From Thermodesulfobacteriota bacterium (lineage in GTDB: Bacteria > Desulfobacterota_D > UBA1144 > Nemesobacterales > UBA2774): a stretch of 64,000 nucleotides of DNA. Positions 19,801 to 30,911 of this stretch are shown one piece after another. The notes beneath the pieces were generated by a model. The model was given only the letters and a program-made list of their open reading frames with translations. It searched no databases and was not told the origin of the DNA. How positions within the stretch are numbered: position 1 is the first letter of the stretch; every line of letters begins with the position of its first letter. The stretch spans positions 2,624,001 through 2,688,000 of the forward strand of contig OZ244197.1 in NCBI GenBank assembly GCA_965216785.1, in the 5' to 3' direction. The position numbers were made by a program, and so were the translations under genes.

Positions 19801-22800
19801 ACATTACTCGCTTTTCTATAGAAAAAAACAGAATCACCCTCACCGCGCTCGTCGTAGTAGTGCTTGCGGGGTTCCTATCATATTTCAATATGTCCCGCTC
19901 AGAAGACCCGGGCTTCATCATACGTACCGCCCAGGTTACTACGTACTGGGGCGGCGCAAGCCCCGAGCGCGTGGAGCAGCTGGTCACGGACAAGCTTGAG
20001 AAAGTAATACAGGAAATGCCCGAGATTGACTTTATCAACAGCACCTCAAAAACCGGCATATCCGTAATAAATGTAAACGTTAAAGAGAGTTACACGGACA
20101 TGAGGCCCATCTGGGACAGTCTCAGAAGAAAGGTCGACAGGGCCCGCACAGAGCTTCCGGATGACGTAGAAGGCCCTTTTGTAAATGACGAGTTCGGAGA
20201 CGTATTCGGGATCGTGATTACCCTCATCGGCGAAGGCTTCAGCTACAGAGAGCTCAAGGACATTGCCGACGAGGTCCGTGATGAGCTCTTATTCATACCC
20301 GATGTCGCAAAGGTCGAGATTTACGGGGCCCAGGAAGAGCGGATATTCGTCGAATACAGTAACGCCCAGCTCTCTGAGCTCGGCATATCCCCTAGCCAGC
20401 TAAGGGACATACTCACTTCAAGGAATATCATAGTGCCCGGCGGAGATATAGACACGGAGTACGAGAAGATTGTACTCGAACCCTCTGGAAATTTCTTTTC
20501 ATTTGACGAAATAAAAACCGCGAAAATCCAGCTGCCCGATATGAATGAGGTCATATACCTCCAGGATATAGCGGATATCTCAAGGGGTTATATAGACCCT
20601 CCGGAGCAGATGATGAGGTGCTCTGGAGAGAGATGTCTTGGGCTAGCGGTATCCATGCGCGAGGGCGGCAATATAATAGAGATGGGCACTCAGGTAAAGG
20701 AAGTTATCGACAGGGTCCAGGGCTTCTACCCGATCGGAATCGAGTTTGATTACGTCCAGTTCCAACCCGAGCCCGTGGCTAAAAAGGTTAATGACTTTAC
20801 CAGCAACCTGCTGCAGGCTGTAGCCGTTGTAGCGCTCGTAATGCTATTTACGCTCGGGCTTCGAACCGGCTTGATCGTGGCTTGCCTTATTCCCGCCGCC
20901 ATGTTGATGTCACTCATGATAATGGGTTTTCTGGATATCGGACTTGACCAGATCTCTCTTGCAGCACTCATTATTGCGCTCGGTATGCTTGTTGATAACG
21001 GCATCGTGATGTCTGAATCGATTATGGTACAGATGTCGGGAGGTAAATCCGTAAAGGACGCCGCCATAGACTCCGCCAAAGAGTTAAGACTGCCGCTTCT
21101 GATTGCGTCCCTGACAACCGCGGCAGCGTTTCTTCCCATTTATCTTGCTGAATCAGCTGTGGGCGAATATACGGCGTCACTATTCAAAGTAGTCTCCATA
21201 ACGCTGCTTAGCTCATGGATACTCTCAATTACAGTAATCCCGCTTCTTTGTGTGAAGTTTTTAAGAGTAAAACCCGAGAGCGTGAAAGACAGGTTCGGAT
21301 CAAACTTCTACACTCTGTACAGAAATTCTCTGATAAGAGGACTCAAAAGCCCCTATATCTCCATATGTATTATTGCCGTCATCTTCGCGCTCTCGATCTA
21401 CGGCTTCCGTTTTGTACCGTCGATATTTTTTCCCCCGAATGACAGACCTACTTTTACAATAGACCTGAATTTACCCACGGGAACCCCGATTAAACGCACC
21501 GAAGCCGTAACGATTGAGATTGAAAAATTTATAGAGAAAAACTTTGAGGTAAACGAAGACAGAAAAGAGGGTATTACCAATTGGGCCGCATTCGTCGGCC
21601 AGGGAGCGCCCAGGTTCATACTGTCATATGGTCCCGAGCCGCCGAGTCCTGATTACGCTTTTATTATTGTTAATACATCGTCAAGGGAAATTATCGACAG
21701 TATCATCCCCGAGATAGAAAAATTCTGCCTGGACAACTTTCCAGATCTCAAACCCACTATCAGGCCGCTTGATCTCGGCCCCCCGGCCTGGCCTCCTGTA
21801 GAGGTACGCATATCGGGACGCGACACTGACAAGCTCTTTGATATAGTGAGCGAAGTGAAAGCAAAGCTCGCGTCGATTCAGGGCACCAAGCTTATTGACG
21901 ACGATTGGGGAGCCAGATCCAAGAAGTTTTTAGTGAACATAAACCAGCCGCGCGCTCTGAGGGCGGGCGTCACAAGCCAGGACATAGCTGTGTCGCTTCA
22001 AACATATCTTAGCGGCATGGACACTACAGAGTTCCGGGAGGAGGACAAGCTTATACCCATCACCATGCGCTCAGTGGCTTCTGACCGTGACAACATCGGC
22101 AAGCTCGAGAGCTTAAACGTATTCGTACAGAGCTCAGGTAAATCACTCCCGCTTAAGCAGGTAGCCGATATCGAAGTCGCCTGGCAGCCGGGGAAAATCG
22201 TAAGACGAGACAGACTAAGAACCGTGACCGTGGAATCTCTGCTCGACCCGGGCTATACCGCCAGTGAGATTAACGCCCAGCTCAGACCATGGCTGGAAAA
22301 GGAGCAAAAGTCTTGGGGACTTGGATATTACTGGGAGCTCGGCGGAGAAACCGAAGAAGCGGATAAGGGGAACGCGTCTATCGCCGCGAAGCTTCCAATA
22401 GCCGCTATGATCATTCTTCTCCTCCTGGTCGGCCAGTTTAACTCACTCCGAAAACCCGCCATAATACTAATAACCATACCTCTGGGCATTATCGGAGTGG
22501 TAATCGGACTGCTCGTAACCAATTTATATTTTGGCTTCATGACGCTCCTGGGGATAATTTCACTCTCGGGGATTGTAATAAATAACGCGATTGTACTCCT
22601 GGACAGGATAGATATAGAGATTAATGAGAACGGGCTCGAGCCCGCAAGAGCCGTAGTCGTTTCCGCCGTAAGACGGTTCCGTCCGATAATACTTACTACA
22701 GTAACGACTATTTCAGGCCTCCTTCCACTCTGGATAGGCGGTGGTCCCATGTGGGAGCCTATGGCGGTCGCAATTATTTTCGGTCTGCTCTTCGCAACCA

Positions 22801-22874
22801 TGCTTACCCTTGGAGTTGTACCGGTACTATATTCTCTGTTCTACAGGGTAAGTTTCAGAGACTTTAAATACTAG
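19797..22874 (+). CDS. RND efflux permease (AcrB/D/F family)
   Basis: SEDPGF, GASPERVE, ALGMLVDNGIV, RFRPIILT; ATGA overlap with MFP. Confidence 0.95.
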   Translation: MNITRFSIEKNRITLTALVVVVLAGFLSYFNMSRSEDPGFIIRTAQVTTYWGGASPERVEQLVTDKLEKVIQEMPEIDFINSTSKTGISVINVNVKESYTDMRPIWDSLRRKVDRARTELPDDVEGPFVNDEFGDVFGIVITLIGEGFSYRELKDIADEVRDELLFIPDVAKVEIYGAQEERIFVEYSNAQLSELGISPSQLRDILTSRNIIVPGGDIDTEYEKIVLEPSGNFFSFDEIKTAKIQLPDMNEVIYLQDIADISRGYIDPPEQMMRCSGERCLGLAVSMREGGNIIEMGTQVKEVIDRVQGFYPIGIEFDYVQFQPEPVAKKVNDFTSNLLQAVAVVALVMLFTLGLRTGLIVACLIPAAMLMSLMIMGFLDIGLDQISLAALIIALGMLVDNGIVMSESIMVQMSGGKSVKDAAIDSAKELRLPLLIASLTTAAAFLPIYLAESAVGEYTASLFKVVSITLLSSWILSITVIPLLCVKFLRVKPESVKDRFGSNFYTLYRNSLIRGLKSPYISICIIAVIFALSIYGFRFVPSIFFPPNDRPTFTIDLNLPTGTPIKRTEAVTIEIEKFIEKNFEVNEDRKEGITNWAAFVGQGAPRFILSYGPEPPSPDYAFIIVNTSSREIIDSIIPEIEKFCLDNFPDLKPTIRPLDLGPPAWPPVEVRISGRDTDKLFDIVSEVKAKLASIQGTKLIDDDWGARSKKFLVNINQPRALRAGVTSQDIAVSLQTYLSGMDTTEFREEDKLIPITMRSVASDRDNIGKLESLNVFVQSSGKSLPLKQVADIEVAWQPGKIVRRDRLRTVTVESLLDPGYTASEINAQLRPWLEKEQKSWGLGYYWELGGETEEADKGNASIAAKLPIAAMIILLLLVGQFNSLRKPAIILITIPLGIIGVVIGLLVTNLYFGFMTLLGIISLSGIVINNAIVLLDRIDIEINENGLEPARAVVVSAVRRFRPIILTTVTTISGLLPLWIGGGPMWEPMAVAIIFGLLFATMLTLGVVPVLYSLFYRVSFRDFKY

Positions 22875-22965
22875 ATTTTGACAAATGCAGTTATTTTGCA
22901 TATTTTCATATCCTAAGGCGGGGGTCTTAATATAATTTTCAGTACATCTGTGAGGACTGGAGATA

Positions 22966-24138
22966 ATGACTAAATACATATATTGCACTTCTTGTTACGT
23001 AATACTCGGCGCTCTCTTTTTGATCACCGCAGCCTGCGGTGGGGGTGATGATCCATCTAACCTACCGCCGCCTAAGATACAGGTATATGTAACAGAGGCT
23101 ACCGATGTCCCGATATTCAGGGAATTTGTAGGTGAAACACTTGGGGACAGTAATGTAGACATAGCTGCCCGTGTGCAGGGTTTTCTGGAAAAAAGGCATT
23201 TTGAAGAGGGCTCTTTTGTAAAAGAAGGTCAACTTCTCTACACGATAGAGAGCCAGCCGTTTGAGGAGAAGGTAGCAGAGGCACAGAGCGTGCTTGCCAC
23301 AGCCCAGGTAAACCTGGCAAACGCCGAAAGCGACCTATCAAGGATAAAACCCCTAGCCGCAGAAAACGCTATAAGCCAGATCGACCTTGACGCGGCCCAG
23401 GCAAGGTATGAAGCGTCTGTTGAGGGCGTGAAAGCTGCCGAAGCGGGTCTCAGAGCAGCCGAGCTTGAGTTAAGCTATACGAAAGTATACTCACCCATAA
23501 ACGGCGTTATCGGCAAATCAAGGGCCGAAGAAGGAGATTTCGTCGGCGGAAGCGCTAGTACAGTAGTCCTAACCACTGTCTCATACATCGATACGATGGC
23601 AGTTCAGTTCTACCTCACACAGGACGAATACCTCGAAGCCGCCCGCAGGATTGATGCGGAGACAAAAGAAGAAGATGTAGAACCTGAAGATGATACGAAC
23701 AACCTTGTGCTCATACTATCTGACACCCAGGTTTATGAATATAAAGGCAAATTTGATTTCATAGACAGAAATTTTGATACTCAAACTGGCTCAATTCTCG
23801 TCCAAACCCTTTTCCCCAATCCAAACCAGCTTCTACGCCCCGGGCTCTTCGCAAGGGTGCGCGCAGAGGTAGATGTTATTAAAGACGGAATACTAGTACC
23901 CCAAAGGTGCGTTATGGAGCTTCAGAGTAAATTCAACGTCCTTGTAGTTACACCTGAAAACAAAGTAGAGAACCGCCAAGTAGTCACAGGTCCTACTGTA
24001 AAGAGCTTCTGGCTCATCAAAGAAGGCCTCAAACCAGGAGAAAGGGTAATTTATGAAGGGCTCCAGCAAGTAAAAGAAGGCCAAGTCGTAACCCCGGAAG
24101 TAGTAGACATCAAAATCCCTGATCTAGAGAGTATATAA
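22966..24138 (+). CDS. RND efflux periplasmic adaptor (AcrA/MexA-like)
   Basis: TAAC lipobox, ARVQGFL, LSYTKVYSPING, LLRPGLFARVR; TTGACA-17-TATTTT upstream at 22878-22906. Confidence 0.92.
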   Translation: MTKYIYCTSCYVILGALFLITAACGGGDDPSNLPPPKIQVYVTEATDVPIFREFVGETLGDSNVDIAARVQGFLEKRHFEEGSFVKEGQLLYTIESQPFEEKVAEAQSVLATAQVNLANAESDLSRIKPLAAENAISQIDLDAAQARYEASVEGVKAAEAGLRAAELELSYTKVYSPINGVIGKSRAEEGDFVGGSASTVVLTTVSYIDTMAVQFYLTQDEYLEAARRIDAETKEEDVEPEDDTNNLVLILSDTQVYEYKGKFDFIDRNFDTQTGSILVQTLFPNPNQLLRPGLFARVRAEVDVIKDGILVPQRCVMELQSKFNVLVVTPENKVENRQVVTGPTVKSFWLIKEGLKPGERVIYEGLQQVKEGQVVTPEVVDIKIPDLESI

Positions 24139-24144
24139 GAGTAA

Positions 24145-27100
24145 ATGGGCAATTTTTTTGTAAACAGGCCAATAGTAGCAATGGTGATCGCCATTGTTAT
24201 GGTTATAGTAGGATTCGTTTTTATGGGCGGCCTGCCTATTGAGCAGTACCCTGATATAACTCCCCCCATCGTCCAGGTAAGAGCAAGCTATACCGGCGCT
24301 AACGCCATCAGCGTGGAAGAGTCGGTTGCGACACCGCTTGAGCAGGAGATAAACGGCGTTGACAACATGATCTACATGAAATCAACGAACGCTAACGATG
24401 GTACTATGGCCATTGACGTCTCCTTTGAGGTAGGCACTGATCCTGATCTAAATACCGTTTTTACGCAAAACAGGGTTGCCGCGGCAACAGCTAAGCTCCC
24501 CGAAGAGGTTACAAGACTGGGTGTAACGACCGAAAAGTCACTTCCGAATATACTGATGCTGATCACTCTCACTTCTGATGACGGGAGATTCGATCAGAAC
24601 TTTCTTGGAAACTATGCACTTATAAACATCCAGGACACCCTGGCGCGTATTAGGGGCATCGGCCGTGTTCAGGTACTAGGCGCGAGCGACTACTCTATGC
24701 GCATATGGATAAAGCCCGACCGAATTGCACAGTTGGGTATAACAGTGAATGAAATAGTAGACGCTATACAGCAGCAGAGCGTACTTGTCCCGGGTGGACA
24801 GTTCGGTGCAGAACCCGCGCCTCCCGGTACTGAATTTACATATACCGTAAGGCTGCCTGATCGGCTGAATTCCCCAGAGGAGTTCGGCGAGGTCGTGGTA
24901 AGGACCGGCGAAGGCGGCTCACAGGTTAAGATCAAGGATATAGCCAGAGTTGAGCTTGGGGTCGAGACCTATAATGCCTTCACCAGGCTAAACGGGCAGG
25001 AATGCACAGTTATCGCTCTATACCAGGCGCCCGGGTCAAACGCTACCGAGCTTGCGAGTATTGTTAAAACCACAATGGAAGATATTTCAAAGTCCTTCCC
25101 CCAAAGCATGCAGTACGACATCTCTCTTGATACTACGCTTGCAATCACTGCAGGTATAAAAGAGATTGTTATCACCCTTTTTGTGGCACTTGCCCTTGTT
25201 ATCCTTGTTGTATTCATTTTCATTCAGGACTGGAGAGCGGCTCTTATACCGACCATAGCCATACCGGTATCGCTTGTCGCTGCATTTATGGTATTCCCCG
25301 CTATTGGTTTTACCATCAACGTGCTCTCTCTTCTCGGTCTCGTGCTTGCCATCGGCATCGTGGTCGATGACGCGATCGTGGTAGTTGAGGCCGTGCAGGT
25401 AAATATTGAAAACGGTCTGTCGCCCAAGGAAGCGACAGCTAGAGCCATGAGCGAGGTTACTGCGCCCGTGATTGCCACCACACTCGTTCTCGTCGCGGTT
25501 TTCATTCCGGTCGCCGTAATGGCCGGCATTACCGGGCGATTATACCAACAGTTCGCTATTACAGTTGCGGTCTCAGTCGTATTCTCTTCAATTAACGCCC
25601 TGACGCTCAGCCCCGCCCTGTGCTCGATGCTGCTCAGGAAAAGACAACCCGCAAAAGGAATTCTCGGCCGTTTCTTTGAAAAATTTAATGACGCCTTTGA
25701 TAGGGTGACAGATAAATATACAAGCCTTGCGCGGCTTACGACCGTTAACGTGAAACGCGGACTGGTATTCATAGGGATACTTGTAATCGGGCTGATTTTC
25801 CTGGCTAGGATACTCCCCGGAGGGTTTATGCCTGAAGAAGACATGGGCTATCTTTTTGTTAATATCCAGCTCCCCGACGCGGCTTCTCTACAGAGATCAG
25901 ACGCTGTAACTAAAAAAGTAGAAGGGATAATAGAGCAGTTTGATCAGGTTGAGTACATCACTTCAGCCGCAGGGTTCAGCCTTCTTTCAGGAAGCTTTTC
26001 ATCAAACGCTTCATTCATATTCGTTTCGCTCAAAGACTGGAGCGAGCGGGACGAGACAGCAAACGAAATCGTTGATCTACTCAATATAGCATTCAGGACT
26101 CAAATCAATGAAGCCCAGGTCTTTGCGTTCGGGCCACCCGCTATCCCAGGACTGGGCAGCGGCTCGGGTTTTACAATGATGCTTCAGGACCGAAGCGGTA
26201 ACACCCCCGAGTACCTTGCAGAACAGTCTGCAAGATTCATGCAGGCAGCGCTTCAAAGACCCGAAATAGGAGCTATATTCACAACATTCCGCGCGAATGT
26301 ACCTCAAAGATTTATGGATATAAATACCGATAAAGTGCTTAAAGCGGGCATTCCGCTTAACAACATTTACAGCACCGTAGGGACCTTCCTCGGAGGAACA
26401 TATGTAAACGACTTCACACGGTTCGGAAGACTGTACAAAGCGTATGTACAAGCAGAGCCGGAGTACAGGCAGAGCCAGAATCAAATCAACTTTTATTATG
26501 TTAAGAATTCAAACGGCGACAGTGTCCCGCTTGCCGGTTTTGTGAATATTAAAGATATTACCGGGCCTGACTATACGAACCGCTTTAACTTATATAGATC
26601 AGTTGAGCTAACTGGCGGCCCTGCACCGGGATACACTTCGGCGCAGACACTTACAGCGCTTGAAGAGGTTGCTGCACAGGTACTTCCCGCCAACATGGGC
26701 TATGCTTGGAGCAATATGTCCTATCAGGAAAAGGCAGCTTCAGGCTCAGCCGGGGTAGTGTTTTTGTTCGCGCTCGTATTCGTATTCCTCATTCTATCCG
26801 CTCAATATGAAAGCTGGTCACTACCGTGGAGTATTTTGCTCGGCACACCGTTTGCAATATTCGGAGCGTTCCTGGGACTAGTCATAGCAAGGCTTTTCAG
26901 TGAGAGTTACGAGCTTAATATTTTTGCCCAGATTGCGCTGGTTATGCTAATTGCCATGGCGGCTAAGAACGCCATTCTAATCGTGGAATTCGCAAAACTT
27001 GAGTTTGATAAGGGACTATCCCTCTTCGATGCAGCGATTAAAGCGGCACAGTTAAGATTCAGACCTATTCTAATGACGGCATTTTCGTTTATTCTAGGAG

Positions 27101-27291
27101 TGCTTCCGCTCGTTGTGGCCTCAGGCGCAGGAGCCGAGGCTAGGGTTGTAATGGGTGTTGCACTACTGGGCGGTATGTCTATAGCGACACTTCTTGGAGT
27201 GTTTTTCTACCCGATGTTCTTTGTGTTGATAGGAAAGATTGGAAAATACGAGGAAAAACGTGATTTAGAGGCCAAGACTGAAACCACTTAA
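24145..27291 (+). CDS. HAE1-type RND multidrug efflux permease
   Basis: FFVNRPI, QYPDITPP, GIVVDDAIVVVE, AKNAILIVEFA, RFRPILMT. Confidence 0.96.
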   Translation: MGNFFVNRPIVAMVIAIVMVIVGFVFMGGLPIEQYPDITPPIVQVRASYTGANAISVEESVATPLEQEINGVDNMIYMKSTNANDGTMAIDVSFEVGTDPDLNTVFTQNRVAAATAKLPEEVTRLGVTTEKSLPNILMLITLTSDDGRFDQNFLGNYALINIQDTLARIRGIGRVQVLGASDYSMRIWIKPDRIAQLGITVNEIVDAIQQQSVLVPGGQFGAEPAPPGTEFTYTVRLPDRLNSPEEFGEVVVRTGEGGSQVKIKDIARVELGVETYNAFTRLNGQECTVIALYQAPGSNATELASIVKTTMEDISKSFPQSMQYDISLDTTLAITAGIKEIVITLFVALALVILVVFIFIQDWRAALIPTIAIPVSLVAAFMVFPAIGFTINVLSLLGLVLAIGIVVDDAIVVVEAVQVNIENGLSPKEATARAMSEVTAPVIATTLVLVAVFIPVAVMAGITGRLYQQFAITVAVSVVFSSINALTLSPALCSMLLRKRQPAKGILGRFFEKFNDAFDRVTDKYTSLARLTTVNVKRGLVFIGILVIGLIFLARILPGGFMPEEDMGYLFVNIQLPDAASLQRSDAVTKKVEGIIEQFDQVEYITSAAGFSLLSGSFSSNASFIFVSLKDWSERDETANEIVDLLNIAFRTQINEAQVFAFGPPAIPGLGSGSGFTMMLQDRSGNTPEYLAEQSARFMQAALQRPEIGAIFTTFRANVPQRFMDINTDKVLKAGIPLNNIYSTVGTFLGGTYVNDFTRFGRLYKAYVQAEPEYRQSQNQINFYYVKNSNGDSVPLAGFVNIKDITGPDYTNRFNLYRSVELTGGPAPGYTSAQTLTALEEVAAQVLPANMGYAWSNMSYQEKAASGSAGVVFLFALVFVFLILSAQYESWSLPWSILLGTPFAIFGAFLGLVIARLFSESYELNIFAQIALVMLIAMAAKNAILIVEFAKLEFDKGLSLFDAAIKAAQLRFRPILMTAFSFILGVLPLVVASGAGAEARVVMGVALLGGMSIATLLGVFFYPMFFVLIGKIGKYEEKRDLEAKTETT

Positions 27292-27301
27292 GAGAGTAGT
27301 A

Positions 27302-28765
27302 ATGAAAAAACTGAACTTACAAATTCTAATACTCTTAACAGCATTCATATTTTTGAGTGCTTGCATGGTTGGGCCTGACTTTAGAGAGCCTGAGTTCAGT
27401 GATTTACCAGACGAATTCAGGTTCGCAGATGAATATGACCAGGAAGAAGTAAACCTTAAGTGGTGGGAGCTATTTAACGACCCGGTATTGGTTTCCCTTG
27501 TTAATACCGCTCTTGCTGAGAATAAAGACCTCCTGATAGCCATTAGCCGAATAGAGGAAGCGCGCTCTTTTTTAGTTTTTACAAAAGCCGATCTCTACCC
27601 CAGATTTGACCTGCAAGGAGGGGCAAATAGAGGCAACTTCAACGGCGGTATTATTACGAGTGACCCCGATGAGCCCACGAACAGCGCGTTTATATCCCCT
27701 GTTGTAAATTGGGAGATAGATTTCTGGGGCAAGTTCAGAAGAGCCAATGAATCTGCCAGAGCACAGCTTCTTTCTACAGAATACGCGATGAACACTGTCC
27801 AGATCAGCTTGATTTCTGAAGTTGTGGGTACGTATTTTCTTCTCCTTGATTTTAAAGAGAGGCTAAGGGTATCAGAGGAGACCCTGCAGTCACGGCAAGA
27901 TTATTTAGAGATAATACAAAAGCGTTTTAATAAGGGTGTAATCCCTGAGATTGATCTAAATCAGGCTCAGGTGCAAAAAGAGATAGCCGCAGGTGCTGTT
28001 CCCGTAAATAAGAGACTCATTGCCAATACTGAAAACGCATTAAGCATATTACTGGGCAGGTTCCCCGAGTCCATACAGACCGATCTTGACCTGTATGAGC
28101 AAACTATCCCGCCCGATGTGCCGGTTGGGCTGCCCTCTTCACTTTTAGAGCGAAGACCCGATATACTCGAAGCTCTATACTTCATACAGGCGCAGAACGC
28201 GCTTATAGGCGTTGCGGTCGCTGAAAGGTTCCCGGCCATAAGCATTTCCGGAGCGGTAGGAGCTGCAACAAATGAGGCGGCGCAGATGACCATTGACGGC
28301 TTTGTGTGGTCAATCGCCGCAGGGTTAACAGGGCCTATATTTAACTTCGGTCAGGATAAAGCCCGGGTTGAGATTGAAGAGGCAAGAACAGAGCAGGCGC
28401 TATATAACTACCAGAATGTAGTGCTTAACGCTTTCAGAGAGGTATCGGACGCACTCATAGAAATAACGACATACAGAGAGCAGATCGCCGCGCTCAGCAA
28501 GCAGGCAGCCGCAGCCGAGAACGCAAATCGTCTCTCAAAGCTCCGCTACGACCAGGGGTTTTCAAGCTACTTGGAGGTGCTGGATTCAGAAAGGGCTCAG
28601 TTTGACGCAGAGCTTGCGCTGTCTCAGGCAACCCAAGAGTACTACAGCTCCTATGTGAGATTATACAAAGCCCTAGGCGGCGGCTGGATATCGCCTGAGG
28701 AAATGGCTGAGAGTAAAAACCAAGAATCCGAGTTCAATCAAGATTTCCAGTATAATACAAAGTGA
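27302..28765 (+). CDS. outer-membrane efflux lipoprotein (NodT/OprM family)
   Basis: LSACMVGPDF, WWELFNDP, WEIDFWG, LPSSLLERRPDI, LYKALGGGW. Confidence 0.95.
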   Translation: MKKLNLQILILLTAFIFLSACMVGPDFREPEFSDLPDEFRFADEYDQEEVNLKWWELFNDPVLVSLVNTALAENKDLLIAISRIEEARSFLVFTKADLYPRFDLQGGANRGNFNGGIITSDPDEPTNSAFISPVVNWEIDFWGKFRRANESARAQLLSTEYAMNTVQISLISEVVGTYFLLLDFKERLRVSEETLQSRQDYLEIIQKRFNKGVIPEIDLNQAQVQKEIAAGAVPVNKRLIANTENALSILLGRFPESIQTDLDLYEQTIPPDVPVGLPSSLLERRPDILEALYFIQAQNALIGVAVAERFPAISISGAVGAATNEAAQMTIDGFVWSIAAGLTGPIFNFGQDKARVEIEEARTEQALYNYQNVVLNAFREVSDALIEITTYREQIAALSKQAAAAENANRLSKLRYDQGFSSYLEVLDSERAQFDAELALSQATQEYYSSYVRLYKALGGGWISPEEMAESKNQESEFNQDFQYNTK

Positions 28766-29418
28766 TGCAATTCTTATACGAGTTGTTTTCCTACATTATA
28801 GTTGTAGTGGTCGGACTGCTTCCGATAGCAAACCCCTTCAGCACGGCGCCCGTATTCCTCTCGCTTACCTCTAAGCTTGATCCTGTTTCCAGAAAGAAAG
28901 TACTGAAACTAACCTGCATATATATGTTCTCAACATTGATAATATTCCTTCTTGCTGGGGCGCTGATCCTGAGCTTTTTTGGAATTAGCGTCGAAGCGCT
29001 AAGGATAGCTGGCGGCCTCATTCTGACAGTACTGGGCTTCAGGATGCTATTCCCAAGCCCTGTAGCGGAAAACGAACATACAGATGTCCGTACATTCGAG
29101 CAGGCAAGAGGGCTTGCTTTTACCCCGCTCGCCATGCCCATGCTCAGCGGCCCGGGCTCAATAGCCGTTATAATCAGCATGGCGGCCCAGATATCAGAGA
29201 ACCCGAGCTTTCCCATGAGGCTTGCGGGTTATGCGGTCGTAGCGCTGGGAATACTGATCACAGTGAAAATTTGCTGGATTGTGCTGCGAAGCTCAACAAA
29301 GATAACAAAATTCCTCGGTCCCACAGGCATCGACGCTATGACAAGGATTATGGGTTTTATAATCATATGCATCGGCGTTGAGTTTACAGTCTCGGGGATT
29401 AAGGGATTCATCCAATAG
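28762..29418 (+). CDS. MarC family membrane protein
   Basis: IANPFS..PVF, FFGIS..ALRIAGG, PLAMPMLSGPGSI, TRIMGFII. Confidence 0.92.
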   Translation: MMQFLYELFSYIIVVVVGLLPIANPFSTAPVFLSLTSKLDPVSRKKVLKLTCIYMFSTLIIFLLAGALILSFFGISVEALRIAGGLILTVLGFRMLFPSPVAENEHTDVRTFEQARGLAFTPLAMPMLSGPGSIAVIISMAAQISENPSFPMRLAGYAVVALGILITVKICWIVLRSSTKITKFLGPTGIDAMTRIMGFIIICIGVEFTVSGIKGFIQ

Positions 29419-29475
29419 ATTTAATCAATTTTATACCCAAGATTCTATAAACCGAGATACAGAAAAGCCTCCGGA

Positions 29476-29859
29476 CTATTTTTTCTTTTCTGGCTCAAAG
29501 ACCTCGGGGTCAGCGCAAAGGGCCCAGGACATAGCCTGCGCCTCACCAGGATTGTTATTCATATTCGTGCAAACCGCAAACCACGCGTTATTAGCGTCCG
29601 GGCTCGGAGCGCTTACTGTCAGTAGAACCCTATTCTCTGTACCCATGAATCCGAGGCACACCCCTCCCCCGCTGATTAAAGTTTTCCCGGACGGGCATGT
29701 ACTGGTCGCAGATACGGTCTTCCCCGAGGGTATGGAAACGACATCAGACTCCACTTTTACAGTGGTTATACCACCATTTTCCGCGTTTACGTACATTGGA
29801 AGCACCGCTAGAAAACCTAGCGTAAATACTAAAGCAAATGTGATATAGCTGTTATTCAT
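29476..29859 (-). CDS. hypothetical secreted Cys-containing protein
   Basis: GGAGG RBS, signal peptide, ATSTCPSGK..ISGGG motif. Confidence 0.75.
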   Translation of the reverse strand: MNNSYITFALVFTLGFLAVLPMYVNAENGGITTVKVESDVVSIPSGKTVSATSTCPSGKTLISGGGVCLGFMGTENRVLLTVSAPSPDANNAWFAVCTNMNNNPGEAQAMSWALCADPEVFEPEKKK

Positions 29860-29984
29860 TTTAAACCCTCCATCTGTTTAGATTATATCTATAAGAATAC
29901 TCAATCTAACTTATAATCCGAAAGTGTTTTAACACATAGTCTTACCGGCCTAAGGGGGTTATAATTAAAGTTGTAAGTTGTAAT

Positions 29985-30536
29985 ATGAAACAAGTGCAAA
30001 ACTGGAGCGTTACAATTAAAAAAATCTGTCTTACAGCAATAATACTTACTTTCCTGCTCACGGCCACAGCCGGCTTCACTCAGACTACGGAATCCGGTGA
30101 ATCTGAGAGTCAAGAAGCCCTTGAACAAGCGCCTAAGGTTATAGAGCAGCCAGCCTATGAGTATTACTATTGGCCGGAAGAGGATTTAAACAATTTTGAT
30201 CTTTCCACCATGGGATCCGGTAAAAGCGGCAGTACTCTTGGTGATAAATCCAAGAGGACAAGTAATGTAGAAGCAAATGAATATCTAAAGTCAAGAAAAG
30301 AAGAGCGGCAAGAGAAAACCGATAGTAAAGAAGACACTGAGTCCGCTAAGAAATCGAGTGAACCTCTTTATGTAGAGCCTGTAGAAAAACCCCTCACAAA
30401 TTCACCTTCTGGAAAGCCAATATACGAATGGAAGGATGAAAACGGCACTTTACACATGACAAACGACTTGGGCAAAGTTCCGACCGAATACCAAAACCAA
30501 TTTTTCGAGTCTGAGACTCAAGACTCCGGCCAATAA
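29985..30536 (+). CDS. secreted protein with C-terminal DUF4124-like motif
   Basis: Signal peptide; IYEWKDENGTLHMTND..KVP. Confidence 0.75.
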   Translation: MKQVQNWSVTIKKICLTAIILTFLLTATAGFTQTTESGESESQEALEQAPKVIEQPAYEYYYWPEEDLNNFDLSTMGSGKSGSTLGDKSKRTSNVEANEYLKSRKEERQEKTDSKEDTESAKKSSEPLYVEPVEKPLTNSPSGKPIYEWKDENGTLHMTNDLGKVPTEYQNQFFESETQDSGQ

Positions 30537-30570
30537 AAGATTTTAAGAATTACATCAAAGTAGGTGGAGC

Positions 30571-30792
30571 CTACTTATCGTGAAAGCGGCCTTCTCCGTG
30601 CTGTTGATCAGGCGCATTCCTCTTTGAGTCGAGTTTTTCCTCATACTGCTCTTTATATTTATCACACACGGAGGGATCGGCCTGATTTTCCCTCATGCAG
30701 TCTCTATATCTTGCTGAGGGCCTGTCCCACTCAAGCCCGCTGCATCCGCCCGCGAATATTACTACTGCCAAAAACATAATGATTTTTATCAT
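30571..30792 (-). CDS. small hypothetical lipoprotein
   Basis: AGGC lipobox after hydrophobic stretch; extra Cys pair. Confidence 0.65.
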   Translation of the reverse strand: MIKIIMFLAVVIFAGGCSGLEWDRPSARYRDCMRENQADPSVCDKYKEQYEEKLDSKRNAPDQQHGEGRFHDK

Positions 30793-30911
30793 TCACCACC
30801 CCGCCTTTTAAGTTAATACATCGAAAAACAGAATAAACACAGAGAGTTAAACATGGCCCGGGCCGAAACCCGGACCGTTTAAGTTTATCTGGCTTAATGG
30901 GTTAAGAAAAC

